Of a stretch of 64,000 bases of DNA, positions 19,105 through 28,371 are shown piece after piece; positions within the stretch are counted from its first letter, which is position 1, and each line of letters starts with the position of its first letter. The stretch spans positions 8,863 to 72,862 of the forward strand of contig VXRL01000004.1 in the NCBI GenBank assembly GCA_009838515.1, in the 5' to 3' direction. The translations under genes and the position numbers were made by a program. Source of the stretch: Terriglobia bacterium (GTDB taxonomy: Bacteria > Acidobacteriota > Terriglobia > Bryobacterales > UBA6623). Below the pieces are notes generated by a model. That model had not been told where the DNA came from, made no database searches, and saw only the letters and a list, made by a program, of their open reading frames with translations.

Positions 19105-21189
19105 ATGATGCAAGTCGCGTTTCGGCATTTTGCTCGTAGTGCTCGCTGGATCTGCCTCGGTGCGGCAGCGACTTTCGTGGCGCCATCGCTCGTGGCGGCC
19201 AAGGGAGACGTTCTGCAGAGCGTGCTCCGGCCGGCATTTCGACAGAGTTGCGTCAAGTGCCACGGCGAAGGCGGCAATCTGTTCGGAAACGTCGACCTTT
19301 CGAGGCTTCACAGCGCCGCCGACCTCACCAAGGATCCCGAGTTGCTGCGGAACTTGGTCGAGGCCCTCGACTCGGGGATCATGCCGCCGGAGAGCGAGCC
19401 TCGCCTGGCGGCGGAGCAGCGCCAGCGACTCGTGACGGAGTTGCGCAAACTGCTGCACGGCACGCTGGAACCGCAGGCTGCGCTTCCTCACACGCCGATC
19501 CGGCGCATGAACCGGTTTCAGTACAACAACGCGGTCCAAGACCTGCTCGATCTGCGAATCGACGTTTTCCCGCTGCCGGAGCGGATGCTGCGATCCTACG
19601 GCCACTTCCGTCCGGAATCGGGCCGCATGCCCGACGAGCTCAAGGTCGGCAGCCGCCCGCTCGGCAAGTCGCAGCTAATCGACAAGCGGCTGGCGGGAGT
19701 CACCCCGTTTCCGCAAGACCTGCGGGCGGAGCACGGCTTCGACAACCGCGGCGATCATCTCACTCTGTCGCCGCTCCTGATGGAGTCGTTTCTCAATCTC
19801 GGGAGGTCCATTCTCGACAGCGCCGACTTCAACAGGCTGACCAGCGGCGCATGGGAGCGGCTCTTCGCGCCGCCGCCGGAATCGGAAGCCAGCGGGGCTC
19901 CGGCCAAAGCGACCTTGCGCGACTTCCTGACGCGGGCGTTTCGACGGCCGGTTGACGAGGCCCTGCTTGAACGCTATGCCCGCCACGTCACTGCACGGAT
20001 AGAGTCAGGAGAGTCCTATGCCGAGAGCATGAAGGCGGCGGTCTCGGCCGCTTTGGCGTCGCCGCGCTTCCTCTATCTCTACGAGCGGGCTGGCACGGGC
20101 GAGGCGGCCCGGAAACTTGACGATTTCGAACTGGCGTCGCGCCTGTCGTTCTTCCTCTGGGGCAGTATCCCGGACCAAGCCCTGCTCGACTTGGCCGCCC
20201 AAGGCATCCTGAGCGACTCCGCCGTGCTGCGGGCGCAGGTCGAGCGCATGCTGACGGACGGCCGCTTGAAGCGTTTTTGCGACAGCTTTCCCACGCAATG
20301 GCTGCAGCTCGAACGGATCGTGGCCTCGGTGCCCGACCGCGAGCGGCACCCGGACTTCTACTTCGCGAAGTTCCGGGCCAGCATGCACATGATGCTGGAG
20401 CCCCTGCTGCTGTTCGAAACCGTCCTGATCGAGAACCGTTCGATCCTGGAACTGGTCGACTCGGACTTTAGCTACCGCAGCGAGCTGCTGGAATCGTGGT
20501 ACCGCGATGGGACCCGTCCGGCAAAAGTGCCGCCGTCAGCGGTCCCGTTTCGGCGGGTCCCCATCACCGACCGCCGCCAGGGCGGCGTGATCACCACCGC
20601 GGCGGTCATGACCATGACCTCGAACCCGCTGCGGACGCAGCCCATCACGCGGGGGGCGTGGCTCGCCGGGGTCATCTTCAACGACCCGCCCGATCCCACG
20701 CCGGCCGGCGTGCCGCCCCTGCCCGACGAGGCGGCGGGCGGCCGGGCGGCGAACCTGACCCTGCGGGAGATCTTTGAGCAGCACCGGTCCAACCCGGATT
20801 GCTCGGCCTGCCATGCCAAGCTCGATCCGTTGGGCTTTGCCTTGGAGAACTACGGCCCGACCGGAGCGTGGCGGGACACGTATGACAACGGCCGCGAGGT
20901 GGACTCGGCGGGCCTGCTCTTCGGACGCCACGAATTCGACAACATCGTGGAATTCAAGGACGCGATCTTGGCGGAGAAGGACCGCTTTGCGCGCGCTTTT
21001 GCCGCGCACCTGCTGGCGTTCGCCCTTGGCCGGGCAGTGGACACTTCGGACCAGCAGGCGCTCGATCGGATCGTGCGGGAGACCGCGCCTGAGGGATTCC
21101 GGATCCAGGACATGATCATGCAAATCGTGCTCAGCGAGCCGTTTCAGCGCAAGCACAGTCCGGCTAAGCTAGAGAGGGCGGCCCTCTGA
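19105..21189 (+). CDS. DUF1592/DUF1588/DUF1585-type protein with two CxxCH motifs (paralogue of 2832..5165)
   Basis: ATG 19105 gives MMQVAFRHFARSARWICLGAAATFVAPSLVAA. CVKCH lies at 19249-19263 and CSACHAKLDPLGFALENYGPTGAWRD at 20800-20814 onward. It also has FFLWGSIPDQALL and FPTQWLQLERI. Confidence 0.85.
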   Translation: MMQVAFRHFARSARWICLGAAATFVAPSLVAAKGDVLQSVLRPAFRQSCVKCHGEGGNLFGNVDLSRLHSAADLTKDPELLRNLVEALDSGIMPPESEPRLAAEQRQRLVTELRKLLHGTLEPQAALPHTPIRRMNRFQYNNAVQDLLDLRIDVFPLPERMLRSYGHFRPESGRMPDELKVGSRPLGKSQLIDKRLAGVTPFPQDLRAEHGFDNRGDHLTLSPLLMESFLNLGRSILDSADFNRLTSGAWERLFAPPPESEASGAPAKATLRDFLTRAFRRPVDEALLERYARHVTARIESGESYAESMKAAVSAALASPRFLYLYERAGTGEAARKLDDFELASRLSFFLWGSIPDQALLDLAAQGILSDSAVLRAQVERMLTDGRLKRFCDSFPTQWLQLERIVASVPDRERHPDFYFAKFRASMHMMLEPLLLFETVLIENRSILELVDSDFSYRSELLESWYRDGTRPAKVPPSAVPFRRVPITDRRQGGVITTAAVMTMTSNPLRTQPITRGAWLAGVIFNDPPDPTPAGVPPLPDEAAGGRAANLTLREIFEQHRSNPDCSACHAKLDPLGFALENYGPTGAWRDTYDNGREVDSAGLLFGRHEFDNIVEFKDAILAEKDRFARAFAAHLLAFALGRAVDTSDQQALDRIVRETAPEGFRIQDMIMQIVLSEPFQRKHSPAKLERAAL

Positions 21190-21202
21190 GCCGAGCGGTC
21201 CC

Positions 21203-22558
21203 ATGCGCATCACGTCGAGACGGTCATTTCTGCGCGGCGCCAGCGGCGCCATGCTCGGGCTGCCCTGGCTCGAGAGCATTGCGCCGGCAGCGACGCGGCG
21301 ATCAGAGCAGCAGCCTCGGCCGCCCCAGCGCCTGGGGTTCTTCTACGTGCCGATCGGCGTCGTGCGCCGCGCCTTCTTCCCGGGCGAGGGCCACGCCGGC
21401 CTGCCTGCCTTCAACGGCGACTTCAGCGCCATCATCGAGACCACGACACAGGTCGGCTCCCAGCCGATCAAGCCCACGCCTACGCTCGAGCCGCTGGCGA
21501 ACATCAAGCACAAGGTCGCTCTGGTCACGGGGCTGGACCGCACGTTCCAGATCGGCACCGACGTTCACGCGCAGTGTGCCTCGTGCTTCCTGAGCAGCGC
21601 CGCGCCGTTCACGGTTACCTCGTCTGCTTGGCCCATGGAGCGCACGCTCGATCATGTAGTGGCGGATCAGATCGGGCAGACGACTCCCTTCAGCACGCTG
21701 GAGTTCAGCTGCAACAGCCACCAGGACAACCAGGAGTCGATGTACTTCGACAACATCTCGTGGTACGGGACGGGGCACGTCGCGCCGTCGATCCGCGACC
21801 CGCGCAAGGCATACCGCAGGTTGTTCGGCACGCAAGAGGTGGACCAGGCCCGCAACGTAACCGATCTTGTTCTGGAGGACGCCCGCTCGCTGCAGCGGGA
21901 GCTCGGCCACGCTGACCGCGAGAAGTTCGCGGAGTACTTCGAATCGATTCGCACCATCGAGAATCAGATGGACCGGTTGGAGCGCCTCAAGGGCGAGTTG
22001 CTCGAGGTATCGATTCCCGAGCCCCCTGAGGCCTACTTGCCGCGGGGAGCGTACATCCGTCTCATGTGCGACCTGATCGTGGTAGCGTTCCAGGCGGGAC
22101 TGACGCGTGTCGCCTCGTTGATGGTGGCTCCCGAGCGCTGGAACACGCCGTTCATGTTCGAGGGGCTCTTTGACAAACCCATCAGCCACCATCTGATCTC
22201 CCATCAGCAACAGGACTACTCGTCCGAACTGGAGCAGATAGATCGCTTCCACATGGCACAGTTCGCTTATCTCCTCGAGAGGCTAGACGGCATCCAAGAA
22301 GCTGACGGCTCGACGTTGCTCGACAACACGGTCTTCACATACGGATCGGGCCTGGGCGACGGCGCCACGCACCAGTACAACGATCTGCCGATTGTCGTGG
22401 CTGGCTCGGGCTCCGGCAAGTTCAAGCTTGGCCAGCACCTGCACTGCGCCGAGGGCACTCCGCTGGCCAATCTTTGGCTCTCGCAGGCGAAGGTCATGGG
22501 ACTCGGGATTGATCGCTTCGCCGACAGCACCGGACTCATTCCCCAGCTGCTTGCCTAA
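21203..22558 (+). CDS. DUF1552 domain protein with a twin-arginine signal (paralogue of 5162..6505)
   Basis: It starts 13 nt after the upstream stop. The N-terminus is MRITSRRSFLRGASGAMLGLPWLESIA. Conserved blocks are FSTLEFS, GSGLGDGATHQYNDLPIVVAGSG and GTPLANLWLS. Confidence 0.85.
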   Translation: MRITSRRSFLRGASGAMLGLPWLESIAPAATRRSEQQPRPPQRLGFFYVPIGVVRRAFFPGEGHAGLPAFNGDFSAIIETTTQVGSQPIKPTPTLEPLANIKHKVALVTGLDRTFQIGTDVHAQCASCFLSSAAPFTVTSSAWPMERTLDHVVADQIGQTTPFSTLEFSCNSHQDNQESMYFDNISWYGTGHVAPSIRDPRKAYRRLFGTQEVDQARNVTDLVLEDARSLQRELGHADREKFAEYFESIRTIENQMDRLERLKGELLEVSIPEPPEAYLPRGAYIRLMCDLIVVAFQAGLTRVASLMVAPERWNTPFMFEGLFDKPISHHLISHQQQDYSSELEQIDRFHMAQFAYLLERLDGIQEADGSTLLDNTVFTYGSGLGDGATHQYNDLPIVVAGSGSGKFKLGQHLHCAEGTPLANLWLSQAKVMGLGIDRFADSTGLIPQLLA

Positions 22559-22769
22559 GCGGCGCCGCTTGCCGGAAGCCGCGCTCGAACGTTCCCGCAA
22601 TGGGAGTGGCCGCGGAGTAGGGGGCCTCGTCATGCCTCCCCGCCGGACCGCGCGATCGCGAACTTCTATCTCTCGGTCGAGGATCTGCCGCTTGGGTCGC
22701 GGTGACCCGGAGGACTTGCGCCTACAGAAGCTGTGGTATGCGAGAGTGTCAATTTTAGGGTGAATAGAG

Positions 22770-25706
22770 GTGATTTACGAGCGAGCCGGCGTGCCGAAGG
22801 GGAATCCGCTTCCGAGTAGGAAGGTTCGGGCCTGCCGCCGGTGTGCCGCTCTGCTGCTGGCGGCTGCCGGTACGCTGGCGGCTCAAACGTCAGGCACCAT
22901 CGAGGGCGTCGTCGTCGACAGCCAGGGCCTGGCCGTAGCCGGAACGACGGTCACGGTTGGCGGGGAAGCGCTCATCGCCCCCCTCGCCGCGGTGACGCTG
23001 GTTGACGGATCGTACCGCTTCCGGGCCCTCCGGCGGGGGTCCTATGACCTCGCGTTCGAGTCTCCGGGATTCCGGACGGTCGTTCGGGAGGGCGTCATCG
23101 TGGAAGGGAACCGGGCGATCCGGATTGACGCGGTACTTGAGGTGGCTGCCGTGGATGAGACGATCACAGTCACGGGCGCCGCTCCCGTGGTGGACATCAA
23201 GACGACGGCGCTAGTCAACGACTTCGGCGTAGCGGAACTGCAGCAAGTGCCGTCTGCCACCGATGTGTGGGCGGTACTGGCGCAGACGGCGGGGGTCCGC
23301 ATGCGCGGCTTCGATGTCGGGGGCTCGCACAAGAGCCAGCAGACCGGCTACGAGAGCTTCGGCGTGCGGAACCAGAACCGCATTCTCGCCGATGGCGTCG
23401 ACACGACCGAGGGCAGCGGCGGCACCGGGTTCTATTTCGACTACTACTCGATCGAGGAGTTCACGACCACGGCGGCCGGCGCCGACGTGGAGATGACCGC
23501 TCCCGGCTCGCTCGTGATGATGACGATGAAGAGCGGCGGCAACGATTTCCACGGCATGGTGCACGGCGACTACGAGCACGAGAGCTTCGTGGGCGACAAC
23601 ACCGACGCCGCCTTGGAAACGCGCGGGTACACGGGCAACCCGAACCTGCTCTTCTTCGAGACCCACGCCGATATCGGCGGACCGATCGTGCGCGACCGCG
23701 CTTGGTTTTACGCGTTCTACAACCACTTTCGCATCGACAAGGCCGTGTCCGGGGTAGACCGGTCCGTAGCCACCGATCTGGGCGATTTCGATGGCTTCGG
23801 CGGCAAGGCGACAGTGCGCCTGACAGACCGGGACCGGTTGATCGGCTACACGCAGTGGGGCCTTAAGGAGAAGCCGAAGCGCGGTCTGTCCACGGATGTC
23901 GGTCCCGACTCGGTGCTGGCCCAAGCGAGCTGGAGCTGGGCGCACAAGGTGGAGTGGCAGCGAGTCTGGAACAATCGCACGTTCATGGCAGCCGCTGCCA
24001 AGCATTTTGGGTTCGGGTGGCCGATGGTGCCGCAGGTCGGTCCGGAACAGCAGCCGCCGCGCCTTGACACGGCGACCGGTCGACTGAGCGGTGCCGGCTG
24101 GTTCCCCGGAGCCAATGGCGCGCCGCCATTCACGTTCGTCCGTTGGAAGCCGCAGGCCACTGCGAGCATCAATCACTACGTGCCGGACTTCGGCGGCAGT
24201 CACGACATCAAGGTGGGCTACGAGTTCTGGATCGACAGCAGCCGCTTTGGCTCGAACGCCAATTCCGGGCACGTCCGCTACCTCGACGACACCGCGAACG
24301 AGCGTCCCTTCAACGTGGACCGGATCATGCTCTTCAGCATGCCCGCCGAGGGGGAAATCGCATCCGATAACCGCAACCGCCACCACGCAGCATTCTTCCA
24401 GGACACGTGGCGGCCCGTGAGTTGGCTGTCGCTGAACTTGGGCGTGCGCTTCGAGCAACAGCGCACCTACTTCCTCGATGCCGTCTCCAGCCCCTTCCTC
24501 GCCGACTTCTTCCCCAGCGGCACCGTCGCGGGACGGACGAATGTGGTGTGGAACACTTGGGCTCCGCGATTGGGCGTCGCATTCGCTCCGGTGCAGGGCA
24601 CCGTGCTCAAGGGTCACTTCGGCCGCTACTACCTGAATCTCGCCGACTCTCACGCGAATGCCAATCCGGCGAGCACCGCATGGGTCCGGTACGCCTTCCT
24701 CGACCCGAACGCGAACGGGGTCTACGACGGCCCGGACGAGCTGGGCGCCAAGCTGGACGAACAGGGCGCGACTGGGATCGAACTCGGCTCCGCAGGTACG
24801 CCGGTGGACCCCGCGCTTTCGAAGGAATACGTCGACGAGATCAACGTCTCGCTGGAACATGAGCTGGTCACGGACACCTCCCTCCGTGTCTCTTACGTAC
24901 GCAAGGACCTGAACGGCGACAGTGGCATCTGGAACGCGCCGCAACAGGCCGCGCTGCTCGCAGGACGTGGCATCGCTTGTACGGACGACCCCGGCTGGAA
25001 TTGCCCGCTCAACGCGCTCACGGGCGCGCCGATGAACGTCCAGCGCGCGCCGGACGACGTCGCAGGACTCGTCGACAACCAGATCGCCACGTTCCCTGGG
25101 ATGCACGCCGCGTACGATACGGTCCAGGTAGCGGCGAACCGGCGCTTCGCCGGCGGCTTCCTGTTGCAGGCCAGCTTCGACTACCAGTGGCGTGACGAGT
25201 TTCGCTCGGCTGCCGGAGAGTCTCGCAGCCCGCTCTTTGCCGACCCGTTGGTCGTCGGCTCCGGGGGGCACGGGCGGATCTGGCAGAATCATAGCCTCGA
25301 TGTAGATGCCCGGCAGGAGACGACCAATTGGGGCGGCCGCCTGCTCGCTCGCTACACGCTGCCGCGGGATGTCGGCCTGTCAGCGAACGTGCGCTATCAG
25401 AGCGGCTGGCCATATGCGCTGATCCAAAGAGTGGACATCCCGGGCACCGGCACCAACCAGCCGGTCTTCCTCACCGATTTGGCTGCGAATCGTTCCCAGA
25501 ACGTGACCATAGCGGACATCCGGCTGGACAAAGCGTTCGCCTTCGGGACCGAGGGCAAGAACAGACTGACTCTGATGCTTGACCTCTACAACGTTTTCAA
25601 CTCGAACGCCGTCACGAACTTCTCTTTACGGGTCGGGGACAACGCGCGCGTCATCGCAGCGCTCGATCCGATCGCGATGAAGCTCGGTGTCCGCTTCCAG
25701 TTCTGA
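22770..25706 (+). CDS. Oar-like outer-membrane protein: carboxypeptidase-regulatory-like domain + TonB-dependent-receptor plug/barrel
   Basis: GTG 22770 with AGGGTG upstream. After the signal peptide comes QTSGTIEGVVVDSQGLAVAGTTVTV..GSYRFRALRRGSYDLAFESPGF (CarboxypepD_reg). A plug-like region follows. The long barrel ends ...KLGVRFQF, with the terminal Phe typical of OMPs. Confidence 0.85.
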   Translation: MIYERAGVPKGNPLPSRKVRACRRCAALLLAAAGTLAAQTSGTIEGVVVDSQGLAVAGTTVTVGGEALIAPLAAVTLVDGSYRFRALRRGSYDLAFESPGFRTVVREGVIVEGNRAIRIDAVLEVAAVDETITVTGAAPVVDIKTTALVNDFGVAELQQVPSATDVWAVLAQTAGVRMRGFDVGGSHKSQQTGYESFGVRNQNRILADGVDTTEGSGGTGFYFDYYSIEEFTTTAAGADVEMTAPGSLVMMTMKSGGNDFHGMVHGDYEHESFVGDNTDAALETRGYTGNPNLLFFETHADIGGPIVRDRAWFYAFYNHFRIDKAVSGVDRSVATDLGDFDGFGGKATVRLTDRDRLIGYTQWGLKEKPKRGLSTDVGPDSVLAQASWSWAHKVEWQRVWNNRTFMAAAAKHFGFGWPMVPQVGPEQQPPRLDTATGRLSGAGWFPGANGAPPFTFVRWKPQATASINHYVPDFGGSHDIKVGYEFWIDSSRFGSNANSGHVRYLDDTANERPFNVDRIMLFSMPAEGEIASDNRNRHHAAFFQDTWRPVSWLSLNLGVRFEQQRTYFLDAVSSPFLADFFPSGTVAGRTNVVWNTWAPRLGVAFAPVQGTVLKGHFGRYYLNLADSHANANPASTAWVRYAFLDPNANGVYDGPDELGAKLDEQGATGIELGSAGTPVDPALSKEYVDEINVSLEHELVTDTSLRVSYVRKDLNGDSGIWNAPQQAALLAGRGIACTDDPGWNCPLNALTGAPMNVQRAPDDVAGLVDNQIATFPGMHAAYDTVQVAANRRFAGGFLLQASFDYQWRDEFRSAAGESRSPLFADPLVVGSGGHGRIWQNHSLDVDARQETTNWGGRLLARYTLPRDVGLSANVRYQSGWPYALIQRVDIPGTGTNQPVFLTDLAANRSQNVTIADIRLDKAFAFGTEGKNRLTLMLDLYNVFNSNAVTNFSLRVGDNARVIAALDPIAMKLGVRFQF

Positions 25707-25949
25707 CCGGCTGGCGGGGCCCACCCAGCGCCGCTTGCCGGCAATCTCGCCCGTGGCCATGTTCAGGCCCGGCCCTGCGGCCGGCTGGGGCAAGAGCTGG
25801 GGCAGAGAAAGTGCGCGCCGCTGCGTCGGCCGGTTCCGCGCGCGCTCACAACCCGGACCCGCTTCGGAAAGCGGCTATCGTAAGGAGGGACTGCTGGGCT
25901 TGACGACAGGCCCGCGCTGACCTGTCCGGAACAAGGAGCAAGACAATTC

Positions 25950-26273
25950 GTGGCTTTCGTTGAACTAAGGCAATACAAGGTACGCCAGGGCAAGATGGAC
26001 GATTGGGTCCGGCTGATGGACGAGGAGATCATCCCCTTCCAGATTTCCAAGGGAATGGTGATCACTGGAAACTTCAGGGGGGAGTCGGACGATTCCGTCT
26101 ACTTCTGGATACGCCGCTTCGAGACCGAGGCGGAACGCGAACGGCTCTACAAGGCCGTTTACGAGAGCGAATTCTGGACCACCCGGATCGGGCCGCGCAT
26201 ACCGGAGTTCCTAGACCGCGAGCAGTCTGTCATCACTCGGGTTGTCCCCACGTCTCGCTCTCCGATGCAGTAG
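25950..26273 (+). CDS. NIPSNAP-family small protein
   Basis: GTG 25950 with AAGGAG upstream. VELRQYKVRQGKMDDWVRLMDEE..VYFWIRRFETEAERERLYKAVYES is a dimeric alpha/beta-barrel, NIPSNAP-like pattern. Confidence 0.65.
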   Translation: MAFVELRQYKVRQGKMDDWVRLMDEEIIPFQISKGMVITGNFRGESDDSVYFWIRRFETEAERERLYKAVYESEFWTTRIGPRIPEFLDREQSVITRVVPTSRSPMQ

Positions 26274-26461
26274 GCAAGGGTTTTCCAACGGTCCGTTCGG
26301 CCCCGGGGAATCGCGCGCTAGCATCCGCGCCCCCTGTCCGCGCCGGCCAGTCCGTGGCGGTCGATTCGACGGCTGAGACGGCGCATTGCAATCCGCCGAA
26401 CCCTAACGGGAGAGCGTCGCGAAGTCAGGCGGCGCGGCCGCTGTATTGATCGGGATGCGCC

Positions 26462-28231
26462 TCAGTGCGACACCGCGTTGATCCCGGAACCGATGATCAG
26501 GGGCACCCCCTGTGCCATGACCAGCCTGGTAAACGAGAGTTTCGGTTCGACCATCCCAGAAGCGGGGTTGTTGAAATTGAAATACCAGCGTCCAGTGCCG
26601 AACGCAGCGGTGCTCGCGATCAAGTCCCGGCCTCCGAACAGCAGCTCGGGAGACCGCCCGGACACTGAAAAGCTCGCTCGATTGCCGCTGAAGACGGTCT
26701 CGCCGGTATTCGCATCGATCGCAAACAGATAGACCGAGCCATGCTTCCAGCGAGGATCGGTAGACAGGACCGGGCCGGCGAAGTAGCCCGACGACTGGAC
26801 CTGATAGGCCGCGCAGTTGACGAATTCCCTGAGCTTGGCTTCGGTCTGATCGGAATCAAGCAGGGCCGCGTTGACTTCGGTCGGGTTGCAGGTTCCGGGG
26901 AGGTCGCGTTCATAGACGCCGGCTCCGATAAAGGCTGGGGTGCCATTCCAGTCGATACTGACCATGTAGGAAGCCTTCGGCTCATGCAGCCCAGTCGTCG
27001 GGTTGGTGAAGGCGTAGTGGATCCATCCGGAATCCACAAGAGACAAGACTCGGTCAATTTCGAAGAAGAAGTCGTTCCCGAACGCGTCAATGATCGCTCC
27101 AAAGGGCGAGCCCTCCCGCGTGGGGTCCGGCGGGAATACGAACGTGGTCGAGTCAGAGCCTGAGTCGGCCGTCTCAAAGGCGAACAGGTACGTCGGACCG
27201 TGCCTCCAGCGCTGGTCCTGGTTGAATGCCCTGCGCGCTTCCTCCTCTCCATGCTCGGCCAGGTACTCTACCGCGCACCGCACGAACGCTTCGATATCAT
27301 CCCCACTGCGCACCGCTGGGGCAGTCACGGAATTGTCCGAACAAGTCGCGCCCTGTTCCGTCTGATGCGTGTCGGGGAAGTAGCCGGCGCCGACGAGCAG
27401 GGGGACTCCCTGCGCTACCACACGCTTCATGAAGCCGACTTTCGGCTGATAGGCCCATGTCTCGGGGTGGTACGACCTGTAGTAGACAAACGCTTCGCCG
27501 AACGCGTCGCCGGTGCCAGCCAAGTCGCGCCCGCCGAACTGGACCGCCCCGGATTCCATCCCCCATTCGTGGGAAGCGAAACCGTTGATTCTCAGGCGGT
27601 TGCTGGACATCACTTGGTTGCCCATCGTGTCGAGAACGAAAACATTGGTGCCGCCGCTTGACCACCGCGGGTCCGTCTCCAGCTCCTGCTTTGCGAAGTA
27701 GCCTCGGCTCTCAACCATCATGGCGGCGCAGCGCACGAACTCTTGAAGGCGCTGGTCGCCCATGCTGGCGCTGACGATCGAGGCACTCACGTCGGAGGCA
27801 TGGCAAGTAGCCGGCAGGTCGCGAGCGTAGAGGCCGGCGCCTATCACGGAACGTATACCTTTCCAGTCGGTCTCGATCATGTACGACGACTTGAACTCCC
27901 TGTTTCCGGTCTGGGGATTGGGGTTCGAGTAGTAGAACCATCCCTGGTCGACCACGTGCATCGCGCGATGGATTTCGGCGTACAGGTCCGTTCCGAAATC
28001 AATCAGAGGCGACCCTCGCTGCTTGCCTTCTTGGGAGGGGTTCGGCGGAAAGACAAATCGCCTAGCCGTTACGCCAGACGGGGCGACCTCGACAACGAAC
28101 ACATAGGTCGCGCCATGCTTCCAGCGGACATCCTCGTTGAATGCGCGCCGGGCCTCGTCCGGTCCGACTTCCTCGAGGAAAGCTGCCGCGCACTCTACGA
28201 ACAGCTTCACGTCGCGCTCCGTGGTCACTTG
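26462..28231 (-). repeat. Internal tandem duplication (A-B)(A'-B') of Cache-like modules within one gene
   Basis: Module A (residues ~35-177) aligns with module C (~340-482). Example: FVFPPNPSQEG/FVFPPDPTREG and IGAGLYARDLPATC/IGAGVYERDLPGTC. Module B (~178-339) aligns with D (~483-624): TDPRWSSGGTNVFV/TDPRWKHGSVYLFA and VAQGVPLLVGAG/MAQGVPLIIGSG. Confidence 0.8.
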
Positions 28232-28333
28232 GCTGGCGCTGATCTCGGCTTCTTGACACGGCTGGGTTGCATGCGCCGCAGCGACTGCCACAACCAACGA
28301 CCAAGCAACCAGAAACTGGAATAAGAGGCGCAT
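26462..28333 (-). CDS. Secreted protein composed of four Cache-like (sCache_2-like) modules and no output domain
   Basis: ATG 28333 gives the signal peptide MRLLFQFLVAWSLVVAVAAAHA. Four ~140-160-aa modules each show the pattern helix(FV.CA)..(R)W(K/R/S)(H/S)G..Y(V/L)F..(D/E)....G....Y(Y/F)...P.TG....K.S(Y/F)......G....(I/V)G(A/S)G. The track start at 28549 adds a non-secretory extension. Confidence 0.7.
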   Translation of the reverse strand: MRLLFQFLVAWSLVVAVAAAHATQPCQEAEISASQVTTERDVKLFVECAAAFLEEVGPDEARRAFNEDVRWKHGATYVFVVEVAPSGVTARRFVFPPNPSQEGKQRGSPLIDFGTDLYAEIHRAMHVVDQGWFYYSNPNPQTGNREFKSSYMIETDWKGIRSVIGAGLYARDLPATCHASDVSASIVSASMGDQRLQEFVRCAAMMVESRGYFAKQELETDPRWSSGGTNVFVLDTMGNQVMSSNRLRINGFASHEWGMESGAVQFGGRDLAGTGDAFGEAFVYYRSYHPETWAYQPKVGFMKRVVAQGVPLLVGAGYFPDTHQTEQGATCSDNSVTAPAVRSGDDIEAFVRCAVEYLAEHGEEEARRAFNQDQRWRHGPTYLFAFETADSGSDSTTFVFPPDPTREGSPFGAIIDAFGNDFFFEIDRVLSLVDSGWIHYAFTNPTTGLHEPKASYMVSIDWNGTPAFIGAGVYERDLPGTCNPTEVNAALLDSDQTEAKLREFVNCAAYQVQSSGYFAGPVLSTDPRWKHGSVYLFAIDANTGETVFSGNRASFSVSGRSPELLFGGRDLIASTAAFGTGRWYFNFNNPASGMVEPKLSFTRLVMAQGVPLIIGSGINAVSH

Positions 28334-28340
28334 AAGAAGT

Positions 28341-28371
28341 AGAGTAGCCCACCATCCGCGCGAATTGTCAA
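28341..28371 (-). promoter_or_regulatory. Candidate promoter for the Cache-module gene, possibly giving a leaderless or very short-leader mRNA
   Basis: On the minus strand there is a perfect TTGACA (28371-28366). GCTACT or TACTCT lies 17-19 nt downstream (28348-28341). The ATG at 28333 is only ~7-9 nt further on, with no purine-rich SD. Motif-level evidence only. Confidence 0.25.

Noticed and set aside
22562-22575. The 14-mer gcgccgcttgccgg occurs just after the DUF1552 stop and again at 25728-25741, after the receptor stop. It could be a shared terminator or REP-like element.
   Set aside because: It is only a single short GC-rich match. My rough estimate is that many such chance 14-mer matches are expected in 64 kb of this composition. 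It has no dyad symmetry.
23211-25292. 693-aa antisense ORF inside the Oar-like receptor gene. Similar long ORFs occur at 42036..43826 (-), 40200..41846 (-), 60880..62679 (+), 54433..55710 (-), 523..1929 (-), 1299..2693 (+) and 4334..5161 (+).
   Set aside because: All are Arg/Pro/Gly/Ala-rich with no recognisable motifs. Each lies opposite to, or out of frame with, an ORF that has clear family signatures. This is the typical stop-codon-poor off-frame artefact of high-GC DNA.
25859-25874. Perfect 6-bp hairpin ccgctt-cgga-aagcgg between the receptor and NIPSNAP genes, a possible intrinsic terminator.
   Set aside because: It has no downstream U-tract, lies 150 nt from the upstream stop, and the stem is short. 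Other convergent junctions (43343/43357, 38488/38496, 35140/35143) likewise show no convincing terminators.
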